From the IMG/VR virus record IMGVR_UViG_3300037840_000097, positions 1 to 62,498 of that record: a DNA stretch of 62,498 bases. One strand, given 5' to 3'. Origin of the DNA: a virus. Lineage: Duplodnaviria > Caudoviricetes. Shown one piece after another: positions 60,945 through 62,498 of the stretch. Below the pieces are notes generated by a model. The model did not search any database, had not been told where the DNA came from, and saw nothing but the letters and a program-made list of their open reading frames with translations. Position 1 is the first letter of the stretch. Every line of letters begins with the position of its first letter. Both the position numbers and the translations under genes were made by a program.

Positions 60945-61374
60945 CGTACATCCCATGAGGAATCATTTCACGCTGCATAGCTTCGATTGCTGCAACACCG
61001 GGATCTGAAGGTTCGTGCCAGTATACTTGTGCTATGTGTTCTGAACGAAGTAGATTATAACAAGCCATACATGGGGTACAGGTTACTAAAGCTATCAATG
61101 GTCCATACTGAGCAGTATGGTGGTCAGTATTTGTGGTGTGTATTACTGCGTTTATAGCTGAAGTTTCGGCGTGATTACAACCACAATCTCGAGGTATGTT
61201 TTTACAAGAACCACGCTTTGGAGTCCACATATCTCCATTATATCCTCGACCTAAAACATATCCACTTTGGTCAAGAATAACACATCCAACATGTCTTCTC
61301 AAGCAACAACTTAAAGACTCAAGCAGCGGTAGTTGTTTTGCTGCTTGTGTAAATCTCTCTGGAAGTTCAATCAT
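60919..61374 (-). CDS. dCMP deaminase
   Basis: C.RRHVG, GYNG, HAE..A, PC..C. Confidence 0.9.
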   Translation of the reverse strand: MIELPERFTQAAKQLPLLESLSCCLRRHVGCVILDQSGYVLGRGYNGDMWTPKRGSCKNIPRDCGCNHAETSAINAVIHTTNTDHHTAQYGPLIALVTCTPCMACYNLLRSEHIAQVYWHEPSDPGVAAIEAMQREMIPHGMYDGSLYPRG

Positions 61375-61622
61375 TACCTTAGAGATTTCAACTTTTGCTG
61401 CTTTTTCCCTTCCAGATATAAGATGTACCGAACTGCAGCTTGACACTCTTGGGGAACATTGCAGAATCTGAGTCGTTCTTGTAACACTGATTCAGCCCAC
61501 ATTCGCGCTTCGTACTCTCGATAGTCGGCCTTCCTTGCTGTGTCATCTGGAGGTCCGGTGATTGCTGATTTATAAGCTTCTAAAATTGATTGGTGACGAA
61601 AGGGGAGAACTTGAACATCCAT
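61374..61622 (-). CDS. Hypothetical protein
   Basis: GGAG RBS, coupled to the deaminase. Confidence 0.55.
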   Translation of the reverse strand: MDVQVLPFRHQSILEAYKSAITGPPDDTARKADYREYEARMWAESVLQERLRFCNVPQECQAAVRYILYLEGKKQQKLKSLR

Positions 61623-61638
61623 ATAGGCTCCCTAATAA

Positions 61639-62076
61639 TCATGGTGTATTAAATAACACCGTTTCTGCTGCGCGCCTTCTTACTAATCCCTCCATAATTC
61701 CGCCCCCTCCATAAATATACTTATTCAAATGAACCATTGCACCAGTAAAATCTTTTGAGTTCAAGCACTGAAGAATAGGTGCACCAGCCGCTATTGCTCC
61801 AGTGTTATACTCGAATGAGACTAAAGCTGAGAATTGATTCGGGGTCAGAATGACTTCGACTTCGTGTGAAACGATCTGCTCGGCGTTGGAAACGTCCTGT
61901 TTTAAGAACGCTAGAGCCTGTGCCTGAGTGATAGTTTCTCCAGGATACACGTTGGCAGTGTGACCGTAACCAATAGTATAAGGTTCACTTCCGGTTCCAG
62001 GATCTGGATAAGCTTTGAGATTCTCACCCTCAAAACTTTCAATGAGATTCAATCCAGCATTATTGATATGTGGCAT
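61639..62076 (-). CDS. Endolysin, GH24 phage lysozyme
   Basis: FEG...AYPD......TIGYGHT, NQFSALVSF.YN.G, GLVRRR.AE. Confidence 0.95.
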   Translation of the reverse strand: MPHINNAGLNLIESFEGENLKAYPDPGTGSEPYTIGYGHTANVYPGETITQAQALAFLKQDVSNAEQIVSHEVEVILTPNQFSALVSFEYNTGAIAAGAPILQCLNSKDFTGAMVHLNKYIYGGGGIMEGLVRRRAAETVLFNTP

Positions 62077-62084
62077 CTATTCTC

Positions 62085-62357
62085 CTAATGCTTAAAAACA
62101 GCTACAATTATACTGCAAACAGCGGCAGCAAGAGTTAGTAGCTGTATGTAATGTGTCCACTGCGATTCTCGAGATTTAAGTAATTTATTAGCTTGCTCGT
62201 CTAACTTTCGAGATATTAATTCAGGAATGTCATTAACTTTAGGTTCAATCTTATCCATACGCTGAATCAATTGATGCACCTCGTATTCAATTAGCACAAG
62301 TGACAGAGGTCGTCTGCGACGTTCCTCGCCTTGATAATTTTCATCATCTCCGTACAC
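62085..62357 (-). CDS. Holin-like coiled-coil protein with C-terminal TM
   Basis: Y.GEERR start, C-terminal hydrophobic helix, adjacent to lysozyme. Confidence 0.55.
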   Translation of the reverse strand: MYGDDENYQGEERRRRPLSLVLIEYEVHQLIQRMDKIEPKVNDIPELISRKLDEQANKLLKSRESQWTHYIQLLTLAAAVCSIIVAVFKH

Positions 62358-62498
62358 AATAGCCTTTCCATAGTCTACAGGGGATTAATAAATGCAAACG
62401 ATTGTGGGTTCACCCATCCAGTATTAAACAAACCAGGTACCCATGCTCCAAGTTCAGCGTTTATTGGGCCGCGAGGTGTATTCCAATGGAATACCAAT

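Noticed and set aside
1-62498. tRNA, tmRNA, integrase, repressor, transposase or reverse transcriptase/DGR
   Set aside because: No recognisable motifs by eye; tRNAscan and HMM searches were not run, and part of the genome (baseplate, tail fibres) lies outside the window.

Overview
The window is most of the genome of a tailed dsDNA phage with a contractile tail (myovirus-like); I see no integrase, tRNA or CRISPR array. Layout: (i) leftward morphogenesis operon, 18.1 kb to window start (terS, terL, portal, scaffold, major capsid, neck, sheath, tube, chaperones, tape measure); (ii) many small, often Cys-rich accessory ORFs at 18-36 kb around a divergent, repeat-rich non-coding region at 22.9-25.0 kb that may be the genome terminus or packaging/origin region; (iii) a second leftward fibre/surface-protein module at 36-46 kb (LamG plus 14-aa repeat protein, SGNH protein, signal peptides); (iv) a rightward replication and nucleotide-modification operon at 46-60.6 kb (SNF2 helicase, primase fused to an MCM-like helicase, MazG-like enzyme, dNMP kinase, thymidylate-synthase-family enzyme, PolA, methyltransferase, N-glycosidase, 5-hmdU-DNA-kinase-like protein); (v) leftward VRR-NUC, dCMP deaminase and lysis genes. 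Best candidate for an undescribed system: the modification cluster. Its synthase has the cytosine-type specificity residue (Asp), yet it is paired with an hmU-DNA-kinase-like protein and a Hen1-like methyltransferase. Other highlights: tandem RNA hairpins in the capsid leader, a polar GTGCGA motif cluster, three apparent paralogues at divergent regions, and an orphan receiver domain among the neck genes with a probable ATC start. All family calls come from motif recognition by eye; no database search or folding program was run.
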